Positions 27,116 to 36,607 of a stretch of DNA of 64,000 nt are shown in pieces. Position 1 is the stretch's first letter. Every line of letters begins with the position of its first letter. The stretch comes from an uncultured Candidatus Saccharibacteria bacterium (lineage in GTDB: Bacteria; Patescibacteriota; Minisyncoccia; Phycocordibacterales; DATDWN01). The notes under the pieces were generated by a model. That model ran no database searches, was not told the DNA's origin, and saw only the letters and a program-made list of their open reading frames with translations. The translations under genes and the position numbers were made by a program. The stretch is taken from NCBI GenBank assembly GCA_964597675.1, contig CAZQYV010000002.1:7532-71531 (forward strand). The letters are read 5' to 3'.

Positions 27116-27123
27116 CCATGCTT

Positions 27124-27160
27124 AACCCCGCTCACCGGATATCCGGTCGGCGGGGTTTCA
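27124..27160 (+). terminator. rho-independent terminator
   Basis: aaccccgc...ccggatatccgg...gcggggttt. Confidence 0.6.
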
Positions 27161-27207
27161 CTATATTTACTTTTTATACCTATCCCTTTTTCTGCTATAA
27201 TCATTTC

Positions 27208-27819
27208 ATGAAGCACTCATACATCTATTGGATTTTTGGACTTCTTGTCATATTAGGATTTTATTCATATCAGCACACCGAGTATATCGTTAATTATCCA
27301 CCAAGAAATGAAACGATTGTGGCATTTGGTGATAGCCTCGTTCAAGGGGCTGGTTCTGTTAATGATGGAGATTTTGTATCAGTTCTTTCGAAGAAAATTG
27401 GCCGACCGATTGTGAATCTTGGTATTTATGGCAACACAACCGCACAAGGTCTGGCCAGAATCGATCAAGTCATTGCATATAATCCGGGGATCGTTCTCGT
27501 TCTTTTCGGAGGTAATGATTATCTACATGAGGTGCCTCGGACAGAAGCATTTGATAATCTTGATAAGATTGTCCAGAAATTGCAGGGGCAAGGTGCTGTT
27601 GTGGTTCTCCTTGGTATTCGAGGAGGAATTTTCTCTGACCCGTATGATCCAATGTTTCGAGTGCTCGCAAAAAAGCGCGGCACAGTTTATGTACCGGACG
27701 TCCTGAACGGTCTTATTGGAAACACACGATACATGTCTGATCCGGTCCATCCGAATAATCTCGGATATGAAATGATTGCCTCAAAAATCTATCCTGAATT
27801 GAAAAAAGTTCTTAAGTAG
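27208..27819 (+). CDS. SGNH/GDSL-family hydrolase (secreted/membrane-anchored)
   Basis: FGDSL, GGND, DxxHP blocks; N-terminal hydrophobic segment; TATAAT 6 nt before ATG (leaderless candidate). Confidence 0.65.
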   Translation: MKHSYIYWIFGLLVILGFYSYQHTEYIVNYPPRNETIVAFGDSLVQGAGSVNDGDFVSVLSKKIGRPIVNLGIYGNTTAQGLARIDQVIAYNPGIVLVLFGGNDYLHEVPRTEAFDNLDKIVQKLQGQGAVVVLLGIRGGIFSDPYDPMFRVLAKKRGTVYVPDVLNGLIGNTRYMSDPVHPNNLGYEMIASKIYPELKKVLK

Positions 27820-27826
27820 GGAAGTC

Positions 27827-28750
27827 TTATCGAGTCGTAAGTGACATGTAAATATCCTCGAGTGCCTTGACTGCATCTCCTGATGCAATGTTATTTTGGT
27901 GATACAACCCGTCTGTACAATCTCCTGCAGCCCATATGCCGTCTGTTTGTGTGCGTTGTGTACGTGGGTCGACAGGAATTTGTTCGATTGGGTTTAGTTC
28001 AATAACATCTTTCATAAAACTAGTTGCTGGCAAGAGACCTATTTCAACAAAGATAGCAGGAGTTTGTATTTCTGTAGTCTCATCACCTTTTTTGTACACA
28101 ATACCTGATACAAATGTATCACCTTTGATTTCAATAGGCACTGCGCCGGTAATTATTTCTAATTTAGGATTTTTTGAAAGTATTTCGATCGTGGAGGCGT
28201 CACCTTTGAGTGTTTCGCTACGATTGAGAATTGTGACTTTTGAACAGTAAGCGAGGAGCTGTGCTGCGGATTCGAGTGCCGCGTTACCGCCACCGATAAC
28301 TACAACATGCTGTCCAGCAAACATAGGGCCGTCACATGATGCACAGTAACTAATCCCCTTGTTATCAAATTCCTTTGCTCCAATGATATCTAGTTTTCGT
28401 CGAGTGCTACCTGTTGTGACTAGTATAGTTTTACTCTGATAGGTTTCATTATTGGTGGTGACAGAAAATCCACCATCATTTTTTGTAACAGCGCTTACCC
28501 ATTCATTTTCGCGTACAGAAACATAGTCGCCAGCATAGGCAAGGAGATGTGTCTTTAAATTTTCCGCCAAATCTTTTCCAGATATTTTTACAGTACCAAT
28601 CCAGTTTTCAATACCCTCTGATACGATACTCTGTCCTCCAAAGTCAGGTGTAATAAGCAGGGTTTTGAGTTGCTTTCGAGCAGCATAGACGCCGGCTGAT
28701 ACCCCCGCAGGTCCACCGCCAATGATGATTAAGTCAAAAAGTTGATTCAT
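27827..28750 (-). CDS. trxB: thioredoxin-disulfide reductase
   Basis: IIIGGGPAG, CASCDG redox centre, GGGNAAL NADPH site. Confidence 0.85.
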   Translation of the reverse strand: MNQLFDLIIIGGGPAGVSAGVYAARKQLKTLLITPDFGGQSIVSEGIENWIGTVKISGKDLAENLKTHLLAYAGDYVSVRENEWVSAVTKNDGGFSVTTNNETYQSKTILVTTGSTRRKLDIIGAKEFDNKGISYCASCDGPMFAGQHVVVIGGGNAALESAAQLLAYCSKVTILNRSETLKGDASTIEILSKNPKLEIITGAVPIEIKGDTFVSGIVYKKGDETTEIQTPAIFVEIGLLPATSFMKDVIELNPIEQIPVDPRTQRTQTDGIWAAGDCTDGLYHQNNIASGDAVKALEDIYMSLTTR

Positions 28751-28781
28751 AAATTAAGAATAATGAATTAAGAATAATGAA
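28751..28781. repeat. short direct repeat (taagaataatgaat x2)
   Basis: direct read. Confidence 0.6.
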
Positions 28782-29168
28782 TTAGGATTTAGGAACAATA
28801 AACGATTTTGATTTTTTGATCAGACTCTGTAAAAGTCTCTGACTAGACGTGATTTTTTCTAGAATCATTTCAAAATGTATACTATCAATATAACCTAAAT
28901 CTCTCGCTAATATCAACTGGTTTTTAACTTCAGTCAGAGAACCATGTGCAAGATAATAAAATTGAACCTTTTCTTTATAGGAATGTCTACTAAATCCTTC
29001 TGCTATATTCGATGTTATAGATACCGATGCTCTTTGTATCTGTGATGAAAGCCCAAATCTTTCAGATTGAGGAAATTTCTGCGAAAGTGAATAAATTGAG
29101 AGAACCAAATCATGACTTACTTTCCATGTCGTAAGATCTGTAAAATCATTAATTTTGGATTTCTCCAT
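28782..29168 (-). CDS. four-helix-bundle protein (TIGR02436 / 23S rRNA-intervening-sequence protein family)
   Basis: ITSNIAEGFSRHSYKEKVQFYYLAHGSLTEV motif. Confidence 0.7.
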   Translation of the reverse strand: MEKSKINDFTDLTTWKVSHDLVLSIYSLSQKFPQSERFGLSSQIQRASVSITSNIAEGFSRHSYKEKVQFYYLAHGSLTEVKNQLILARDLGYIDSIHFEMILEKITSSQRLLQSLIKKSKSFIVPKS

Positions 29169-29197
29169 ATTCTTTATTCAATATTCCTTATTCTATC

Positions 29198-30367
29198 TTA
29201 TTTTAGTTTTGATCTTCGGAGAAATGCAGGCACTGCACCCCATTCGTCATCATCATCTGCTGTAGTATCCGTCTTTTCTTCGACTCGGGGCTGTGCGGGA
29301 ATTGAATTAAATATTTTACCCTTTTCTTCGACAGTTGTTTCGCCATATGTACTGGTCGAAGTTGTTGTTGCAGATTGCTGTGTTGCTTGGAAAAGAGTTT
29401 TCTTTGTAAAGTTTTCAGGGAAATTTGAAGCGATAACGGTAATCTTGACCTCGCCCTTTTTGAGTTTCTCGTCGCGTACTGTACCAAAAATAATGCGAGC
29501 GTTTTGGTCAACAGATTCTGTGATGATTTTTGCGGCATCTTGAATCTCGAACATACCAAGATCGTCTCCACCGGCAATCGAGAATAGCACACCCTTTGCT
29601 CCATTGATTGAAACTTCCAAGAGAGGGGAATTGATTGCAGATTTTGCTGCTTCTTCGGCACGTTTTTCACCAGTTGCAGTTCCAATACCCATGAGCGCCG
29701 GTCCGGCGTTTTCCATGACTGCTTTGATATCGGCAAAGTCGATGTTGATAATACCCGGAGTGGTGATCAAGTCAGATATACCTTCGACAGCAGATTTCAA
29801 AACATCATCACACATTGCAAATGCACTGCGTGCTGTTGTTTCTTTTGTAATGGTCGAAAGGAGTCGGTCGTTTGGAATGACAATAATCGCGTCCACTGAT
29901 TGCCGCAGATCTTCTAGTCCAGTTTCAGCGATTTTCATACGCTGTTGGCCTTCAAAAAAGAATGGTTTTGTGACGACACCCACTGTCAGTGCTCCCATCT
30001 CCTTTGCGATCCGCGCAACAGTCGGAGCAGCACCTGTACAAGTACCTCCGCCAAGTCCTCCTGCGATAAACACCATGTCCGCACCCTTTAGTGCTTCTTG
30101 TATTTCTTCTTTTGTTTCCTCGACTGCACGTTTGCCAAGCTCGGGATTCATGCCTGCACCCAATCCGCGTGTTAGGTTTTTACCGATATGTATTTTTCTC
30201 TTTGCAAGAGAGTGATGCAAGTCTTGTGAATCGGTGTTGATCGCAATAAAGTCAACTCCTCTTACTTTTGAGTTGATCATGTGATTCAGCGCGTTTTTGC
30301 CAGACCCACCGATACCGAGGACTTTGATACGTGCAAATGCTTCTACTTCTGGTTTGATTTGGGGCAT
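29198..30367 (-). CDS. ftsZ: cell division protein FtsZ
   Basis: GIGGSGKNALNHM, GGGTCTGAAPTVA tubulin signature. Confidence 0.9.
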   Translation of the reverse strand: MPQIKPEVEAFARIKVLGIGGSGKNALNHMINSKVRGVDFIAINTDSQDLHHSLAKRKIHIGKNLTRGLGAGMNPELGKRAVEETKEEIQEALKGADMVFIAGGLGGGTCTGAAPTVARIAKEMGALTVGVVTKPFFFEGQQRMKIAETGLEDLRQSVDAIIVIPNDRLLSTITKETTARSAFAMCDDVLKSAVEGISDLITTPGIINIDFADIKAVMENAGPALMGIGTATGEKRAEEAAKSAINSPLLEVSINGAKGVLFSIAGGDDLGMFEIQDAAKIITESVDQNARIIFGTVRDEKLKKGEVKITVIASNFPENFTKKTLFQATQQSATTTSTSTYGETTVEEKGKIFNSIPAQPRVEEKTDTTADDDDEWGAVPAFLRRSKLK

Positions 30368-30612
30368 GATATGAGTGGTTATGACCGGTGTGTGATAATT
30401 GTATTAATAAAGAGATACATAAAAAAATGTCCGATACTGCCTTGAAATATGGTATAAAAGGACAATTCAAGGTTCTCGGAGATTCCCGCATATCATAGCA
30501 GAAAACGGGAAAAATAAAAACAATTGACAGACAAAAGGCAATTATGCTCTAATATATACAGAAACGTTCCTTGTACATAGGAACCATACCCACCACGAGA
30601 GGAAGTATTGAG

Positions 30613-31056
30613 ATGAGATCTCATCATGATCCGGTGAACACAAGAGTTCAGATGTTGACGACAGGAGCAATGTTGTCCCGAGGGATTGTCCCTCATGGTT
30701 CGTTCCAATTTTTGCCGGCAGATGTCAGAGAGGAGAGCGCCGATGTTTGGGATAGTCTCACACCCCATAATAAGAGACACCACGCGGTAGTGGATTTTGA
30801 TCAGTTTCTGGGGCAAGAGAACCCACAAGCAGAAGACAGAAGATTGATCTGTGGGCTTCTCCGTGATTGCACTTTTACGGAGAAAAAAATCCTAGTCCTG
30901 CTTTTTTACAAGGACTTCAATCTGTCAGAAGTGGCGAGATATCTCCATCTCACCTTCAGGGAGGCAGATAAGCTTCTCGAAAGAGCAAAAATGAAGATGT
31001 ACGAGCGTCTCGAGACCATGTTTCGTGAGGTTCTTGAGACCAACGAAATCAACTGA
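30613..31056 (+). CDS. sigma-70 region-4-like HTH protein (putative regulator), GC-enriched, inserted between ftsA and ftsZ on opposite strand
   Basis: C-term TEKKILVLLFYKDFNLSEVARYLHLTFREADKLLERAKMKMYERL resembles sigma70_r4/LuxR HTH. Confidence 0.4.
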   Translation: MRSHHDPVNTRVQMLTTGAMLSRGIVPHGSFQFLPADVREESADVWDSLTPHNKRHHAVVDFDQFLGQENPQAEDRRLICGLLRDCTFTEKKILVLLFYKDFNLSEVARYLHLTFREADKLLERAKMKMYERLETMFREVLETNEIN

Positions 31057-31064
31057 AATCATTC

Positions 31065-31092
31065 GAAAGCCGGCTCACAGGAGCCGGCTTCA
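31065..31092. terminator. bidirectional hairpin (ftsA / sigma-like gene)
   Basis: gaaagccggctc-acagga-gccggcttc. Confidence 0.5.
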
Positions 31093-31101
31093 TCTTGTAT
31101 A

Positions 31102-32283
31102 TTAGGGGAGAAATTGTTTAATCCATCCCATGATTTTGTCTGTCGTTTCACCCATGCGGGTTTTCAGTCCCAATTCTTTTTTGTCTTCTTTTGAAAAACC
31201 TAGCGTACAGAGGCCATATGCCACAGCCCAAGTAGAATCTTTGATACGATTTTTCTGATCACCGAGGTTTAGGGATGCGATCCGTGAAGGCAGTTTCAGT
31301 GCAACTTTTGCCAAGTCTTCTATTGTGCCGATACTGCCACCGCCACCGGTGATAAAGATGCCAGCAGGCAAGAGTCCGTTACGTCCTATTTTTTTCAAAT
31401 GGTTTTCAATCAGTTCAAACATATCCGAAAGTCTGGCGTGAATAATTTCATCCAATTTTTTCTTTGGATACGAGTTGCTACCAATACTGCCAATTTTTAT
31501 ATTTTCTGCTTCTTCCAGAGGAATTTTCAGACCGAGGGCAATGTCATTTGTAATATCGTTTGATCCAATTGGGAATATTTCTAGTGATATAGGGAGGTTG
31601 TTTTCAAAAACAACGATTGAAATAGTTTCTGCGCCGATGTTTGCCAATACACACCCTGCCATTTTTTGAGATTTGGATAGAGTGACAAAACTGGCAGCAA
31701 TAGGGGATGCCATAACATCTATCACATCTATACCTGCTTCATCTATTGCTTGCATCAGGTCATTTAGGTGAGGTTCCAAGCAGGTGATAAAGAGCATCCG
31801 TACTTCGAGTTTGGCACCCTTCATGCCAACCGGAGTTTTGGTTGGGATTATTTTTCCATCAATTTTATATGAAATAGGAATACTATGGAGGACCCGACGG
31901 TTTTGTATGAGTCCCACAGGAATATCTTGTTCACAGACATCTATTACTTTTGAGACGTCGAGGTCCATTATCTCTAGGTCTGCACGGCTAGTCATAATAC
32001 TACCGGTCGAAGTGACACCTTGGAGACCAATGCCACCAATAGCAATAAATGCTTTTCTAATTTTGACGCCAGATGTTTTTTCTGCATTTTCAACCGCCAC
32101 CCTAATACTTTGTGTGACGTCTTTTATATTTATTATGTAACCATGTCGGAGACCTTTTGATTCTGCAATACCGGTGCCAATAACACGAGGAGTTTGCTTG
32201 CCATTATCAGAGACAAGTTCAGCAACCACCACTTTGATCTGGTAGGTACCGATATCTATGCCGACTGTGATGTTGCGTAGCAT
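31102..32283 (-). CDS. ftsA: cell division protein FtsA
   Basis: actin-like ATPase: VGIDIGTYQIKVVVAEL, GGGG phosphate loops. Confidence 0.85.
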   Translation of the reverse strand: MLRNITVGIDIGTYQIKVVVAELVSDNGKQTPRVIGTGIAESKGLRHGYIINIKDVTQSIRVAVENAEKTSGVKIRKAFIAIGGIGLQGVTSTGSIMTSRADLEIMDLDVSKVIDVCEQDIPVGLIQNRRVLHSIPISYKIDGKIIPTKTPVGMKGAKLEVRMLFITCLEPHLNDLMQAIDEAGIDVIDVMASPIAASFVTLSKSQKMAGCVLANIGAETISIVVFENNLPISLEIFPIGSNDITNDIALGLKIPLEEAENIKIGSIGSNSYPKKKLDEIIHARLSDMFELIENHLKKIGRNGLLPAGIFITGGGGSIGTIEDLAKVALKLPSRIASLNLGDQKNRIKDSTWAVAYGLCTLGFSKEDKKELGLKTRMGETTDKIMGWIKQFLP

Positions 32284-32352
32284 TGAGTATAATTCGAAAT
32301 GAAAAAATCAATTACATAGACACTAAAAAATAATACAAGTGTCGTCTGTCAC

Positions 32353-32742
32353 TTAGATGCGAAATGCACGGCGCAGTTTTTCTTCTGCTTTCTCCATTGT
32401 ACTACCATGTTCCATTCCTTTCAAATGCATACAACCGTGGATAAATAGAAATGCGATAAAATTTTGAAATGTTCGGTCAAATTGTTTTGCCTCACGTTCT
32501 GCTTTTTTCAATGTGATAAAAATCTCACCTTCATTTTTGTCGAGTGTAAAACTTAAAATATTTGTTGGTTTGTCTTTGTCACGATATGCCCGGTTCAGTG
32601 TCCGTGATCTACGCTCACCAATAAATACGAGACTAAGATTATAGTTTTTTCCGAGGGCAATGTTTTTTATATCAGCAAAAGAAATACGGGGGAGTGTTGC
32701 CCTAGTTGTGTTGGTTATTGAAAATGTATCAGTGTCTTTCAT
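32353..32742 (-). CDS. ybeY: rRNA maturation endoribonuclease YbeY (start at internal Met; ORF extends to 32778)
   Basis: HGCMHLKGMEH zinc-binding motif. Confidence 0.7.
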   Translation of the reverse strand: MKDTDTFSITNTTRATLPRISFADIKNIALGKNYNLSLVFIGERRSRTLNRAYRDKDKPTNILSFTLDKNEGEIFITLKKAEREAKQFDRTFQNFIAFLFIHGCMHLKGMEHGSTMEKAEEKLRRAFRI

Positions 32743-32805
32743 ATTATATATACGACAAATGCATTGAAACCAATGCATTTTTTCTCTATTCCTATTATAT
32801 ATAGT

Positions 32806-33051
32806 TTATTTTTTTCCGCGAGGTGTATATTCACTCATTTTTCCCATTTTGATTAGTTCTGCTACTTCTTCTCGTCGTTTCAAAACCTTCAGTGTTTTTT
32901 TCTGCTTAACGTATTCTGACATTTTTCGAGTTGCGTATCGGATACTGCGGACACGTGGCAAAACACCCGAACCCTGTACCCGCTTGGTAAATCGTCGGAT
33001 GAGATTGAGGTTATTTTCGCTTCCTGTTTTAACTACTTCTGCATTTATCAT
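32806..33051 (-). CDS. rpsU: 30S ribosomal protein S21-like
   Basis: 81 aa basic protein, LIRRFTKRVQGSGVL..., RREEVAELIKMGK. Confidence 0.55.
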   Translation of the reverse strand: MINAEVVKTGSENNLNLIRRFTKRVQGSGVLPRVRSIRYATRKMSEYVKQKKTLKVLKRREEVAELIKMGKMSEYTPRGKK

Positions 33052-33290
33052 ATGGGCGTAATACTATCAAAAACGGGCTCTTTTGGCAAGGGGACCGTCC
33101 TCTATTCCACCTCACCACTAATGAAGCCCCCACAAAATCACTCTAGTACCAAGAAATCTACGGTGAAAGTGTACCTTTTTGAGGGACTTCGGAGCTCGAC
33201 GGAGCGAGATTGAGCGGTCGGCTAGCAAGCCGAACCGTGTGCCCTCGAAAAGGTATGCTGAGCCAAGAGATTTCTTGCTAATAGATATTA

Positions 33291-34493
33291 TTATTTCTTC
33301 CCCTTCCCCTGCATGTTCCTAAGAAAATCTACAAGACGGGACAGGGGAATTGTCTCTTGTTCACGAGTATTGACATCTCGGACGACGATACTGTTTTCTA
33401 TTGCCTCCTTTTGCCCGATAATCAAGACGTGGGTCGCGTGCATATATTCTGCACCAGTTAGCTGCCCGGTGATTTTATCTTTTGTTAGGGAATGGTAAAC
33501 AGGGATCTTATTTTTTCGGAGTAATTCGACTACATTAAGTGCTTTGAGTTTTGCAGATGGTCCGATCTGGACTAGGTAGTATAGTGGTTTTTTGATATTT
33601 TTAATAATCACCTTTTTGCTTGCTGTTGCACTTTTTTTGACAATAATTGTTGTACCAATACAGTGTATATCTTTCTTTCCTCCAATTTTTTTTGCGAGAT
33701 AGTTGTATCTGTATCCATATGCAAGCAATACACTGTCGTCACCTTTGCCTGTCGGCTGGCGAATTTCAAAGATAGTATTGGCACCAAATAATTTATTTGA
33801 AAAAATTGTTGGATTGATTTTGTAGGGGATGCCAAATGATTCAAGGTATTCCAACACTTCGGTTAGGTGAGTGCGACCAATATCAGAAAGAGCGGCAATT
33901 GTTTGAGGTGCTCCACAGCGAAATTCCTCAACATCTCGTTCTGAACTGCTTAAAACACTATAGTGATTCTTTTTAAACTCTGTTCGTGCCTTTGCTGGTA
34001 GTAAATGTATATTTTTTCGTGCATAACTAGTGAGTTCGCGTTCAAATTTTCCGATAGACTCTTTGTCACCAATACTGTTTATATCGAGGTAGAGGTTTTT
34101 GTATCCCAGATCACTCAAAATAGCGATCGCTGTTTTGATAGACAAGGCTTCACTAGTGCTCCGTCCGCTACCCATGATCTCTAGCCCGTACATTTCTTCT
34201 GTAGATTTCTTTTTTTGTGCACTACCGGTCAGAGGTTTTTTGTACAAGACCATAATCGGCTGGGCCAGTGACTGTAGATTATCACGCATGTACCACTGGG
34301 TAAGGGCAACTTTTTCATCTGCATCACTATACCAATCAAACTCTTTGAATTGTTTTGTCTTCTGAATATCGTCAGACGAGATATGTGGAGATTTGATAAC
34401 AGTAAAACCATATTGCAATGCAATTTCTCCAACTTTGTCACACTCGGTGGCAAGGTATGTTTTCTCTGCTTTTGATGCGTCTTTTTTGGACAT
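33291..34493 (-). CDS. divergent histidyl-tRNA synthetase-family protein (HisRS/HisZ-like)
   Basis: GYRYNYLAKKIGG (HisRS GGRYDxL block), C-terminal anticodon-binding-like domain; start taken at internal Met to avoid lepB overlap. Confidence 0.5.
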   Translation of the reverse strand: MSKKDASKAEKTYLATECDKVGEIALQYGFTVIKSPHISSDDIQKTKQFKEFDWYSDADEKVALTQWYMRDNLQSLAQPIMVLYKKPLTGSAQKKKSTEEMYGLEIMGSGRSTSEALSIKTAIAILSDLGYKNLYLDINSIGDKESIGKFERELTSYARKNIHLLPAKARTEFKKNHYSVLSSSERDVEEFRCGAPQTIAALSDIGRTHLTEVLEYLESFGIPYKINPTIFSNKLFGANTIFEIRQPTGKGDDSVLLAYGYRYNYLAKKIGGKKDIHCIGTTIIVKKSATASKKVIIKNIKKPLYYLVQIGPSAKLKALNVVELLRKNKIPVYHSLTKDKITGQLTGAEYMHATHVLIIGQKEAIENSIVVRDVNTREQETIPLSRLVDFLRNMQGKGKK

Positions 34494-34504
34494 AGTATGC
34501 TTTG

Positions 34505-35110
34505 TTATTGACCAATATGATTGCCGGGATAAATGGAAATTTTTGTAAAAGGAAAGAGTCGAACAAGCGGTGTGCCGATAATATATTTTCGTGGCAAGAT
34601 ACCCCATGAGCGGGAATCATAACTGACTGGGCGGTTGTCCCCAAGAACAAAGTATTCATCAGCGCCAAGGGTGACTGACATACTGGCAGGTGCGGTGTAG
34701 GTCAGAAATGACTCATCTAGACGGATGCCTTCAGGGTGCTCTGTATTGACAATCGTAACATTTGTGCCATTGAGCACCACAGTCTCTCCTGGGAGCCCTA
34801 CAATGCGTTTGATGAGGTTTTTACCCTCTTCTCCCTTGATGGGGAGGGGGAACTCAAAAATCACTACCTGACCTCGCTGGGGCTCTCCCATCCGATAGCC
34901 AATTTTGTTAACTACGAGATAGTCGCCTGTCTCAAATGTCGGATCCATAGAGCTTCCAGAGACGAGGTATGGCTCTGCAACATACATACGAAAAGGGAGA
35001 ACAACACCAACAGCAATAACCGCAAAGATCAAAACTTCACGAATAATTGTTTTCCAGAGCGGTTTTTTTGGCGGAAACTCTGCTGTAATAGGTGCTTGTT
35101 CTTCATTCAT
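34505..35110 (-). CDS. lepB: signal peptidase I
   Basis: SGSSMDPT, VLGDNRPVSYDSRSWG. Confidence 0.85.
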   Translation of the reverse strand: MNEEQAPITAEFPPKKPLWKTIIREVLIFAVIAVGVVLPFRMYVAEPYLVSGSSMDPTFETGDYLVVNKIGYRMGEPQRGQVVIFEFPLPIKGEEGKNLIKRIVGLPGETVVLNGTNVTIVNTEHPEGIRLDESFLTYTAPASMSVTLGADEYFVLGDNRPVSYDSRSWGILPRKYIIGTPLVRLFPFTKISIYPGNHIGQ

Positions 35111-35240
35111 TTATTTTTTAGTTAAAAGTAAAGCGTAGTATACCTTTAAAGGTGGTCTTGACACAATATGCGATTATGATTCATAATGTAATTATTGAAA
35201 ATAATAAAGGTATAGTAACAAATCTCTTTCTCAGCATATC

Positions 35241-35376
35241 ATTTTTGGAGTGAGAAGTGATGTTATCACTTCGCAAGACTCTGAACGTCAGTATTCTGAT
35301 GTGAAGAGTGTACAGTTCCTGTAAGGAACGGAGTTCCTCAAGTCTCGGCTACCCGCCTTGCGAAGTCTCCAAAAAT
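35241..35376. repeat. hairpin-forming repeat element (copy A of 41-nt core, inverted relative to copy at 39497)
   Basis: ttcctcaagtctcggctacccgccttgcgaagtctccaaaa (35335-35376) = rc of 39497-39537; partial direct copy at 35241-35286. Confidence 0.8.
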
Positions 35377-35443
35377 GATATCGCTTCAACGAGATTTGCT
35401 TATTTTTCAATTTTAATTTTTCATTTTCTATCTAATCTCAATT

Positions 35444-36031
35444 ATGTCATATATATTTGTGGGGCTTGGGAATCCTGGTGATGAATACAAGAATACTCGA
35501 CACAACACTGGCAGAATGATGCTAGAGTGGTATGCTCGTGCGTACGAAGCGGAATGGAAGTTTGATAAAAAAATCAACGCGCAGGTAGCAAAAATAAAAG
35601 TTGGCAAAAGCCCTGTGACACTTGTCCTGCCAGATACTTTTATGAACAATTCCGGCAAGACAGTAAAGTCCCTCGTTACAAGTGTTAAAGGCGCTGAAAA
35701 ACTGATGGTTATATATGATGATCTAGATATGGGATTTGGTGCACATAAAATTTCCTTCAACAAGTCATCGGGTGGGCATCGCGGGCTGGAGTCAATTATA
35801 AAATCACTCAAAACAGAAAAATTTGCGCGAATTCGTATCGGTATTTCCCCGACAACACCTAGTGGTAAAACAAAAAAACCAGTTGGGGAGGACAAAGTGA
35901 TGAAATTTATACTTGGGGAGTTTAAGCCAGAAGAAATAACCGCTCTCAAAAAGATATCAAAAAAAGTGACTCTGGCGCTTGATACATTTGTCACATCTGG
36001 CATCGAAAAAGCCCGCAACGAATTCAACTAG
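35444..36031 (+). CDS. pth: peptidyl-tRNA hydrolase
   Basis: MSYIFVGLGNPGDEYKNTRHNTG. Confidence 0.9.
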   Translation: MSYIFVGLGNPGDEYKNTRHNTGRMMLEWYARAYEAEWKFDKKINAQVAKIKVGKSPVTLVLPDTFMNNSGKTVKSLVTSVKGAEKLMVIYDDLDMGFGAHKISFNKSSGGHRGLESIIKSLKTEKFARIRIGISPTTPSGKTKKPVGEDKVMKFILGEFKPEEITALKKISKKVTLALDTFVTSGIEKARNEFN

Positions 36032-36086
36032 ATTCTTTGCTAATAACTGCATTTCGTGTTATTGTTTTTCCGGAAAGGGGTTCCCT

Positions 36087-36494
36087 ATGTGCTGTTTACC
36101 GATTCGACAGGTCCAGAAGAGTGTGGACATCACACTCAATAACAATCAGATTATCCCTGGCAGATTTGCTGGGTGGCTTGTATATTCCGCAGCACTTTGT
36201 GCTGGTTCAAGTGGGGAAGTTATCTTGTCATATGTTGACTTGGTACCATTTTTTGACCAAGAAAAACACCCACGGGTGCGTATCTATGAACGTTTTTATG
36301 ACGGGGTGGATATCACTGAACAGACAATGGTGGTACGCCGGAATATCCCGCTTGATACATCGGCATGGAGAGTTCCGTGCAAGTTATGTTTGGTGGGTAG
36401 TTGGAGATTTTCGATACCACCAGAAGGAAATCGTGTTTGCCATGCGTGTTTTAAAATGCTCGCAGAGTTTTACTCCTGCGTTGTATCAGGATAA
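36087..36494 (+). CDS. hypothetical Cys-rich protein with C-terminal zinc-ribbon (CKLC...CHAC); frame choice uncertain
   Basis: ORF 35979..36494 trimmed to Met after pth stop; overlapping alternative frame 36037..36618 judged less protein-like. Confidence 0.3.
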   Translation: MCCLPIRQVQKSVDITLNNNQIIPGRFAGWLVYSAALCAGSSGEVILSYVDLVPFFDQEKHPRVRIYERFYDGVDITEQTMVVRRNIPLDTSAWRVPCKLCLVGSWRFSIPPEGNRVCHACFKMLAEFYSCVVSG

Positions 36495-36607
36495 ATCACC
36501 CAGAAATGCCCAATTTACCACCAGTCTCCGGACCGGTGGTTTTATTTACCAAAAACTCATCGGGTACCCGATGAGTTTTGTATCTATTACTTTTTACCTT
36601 TTACTTC

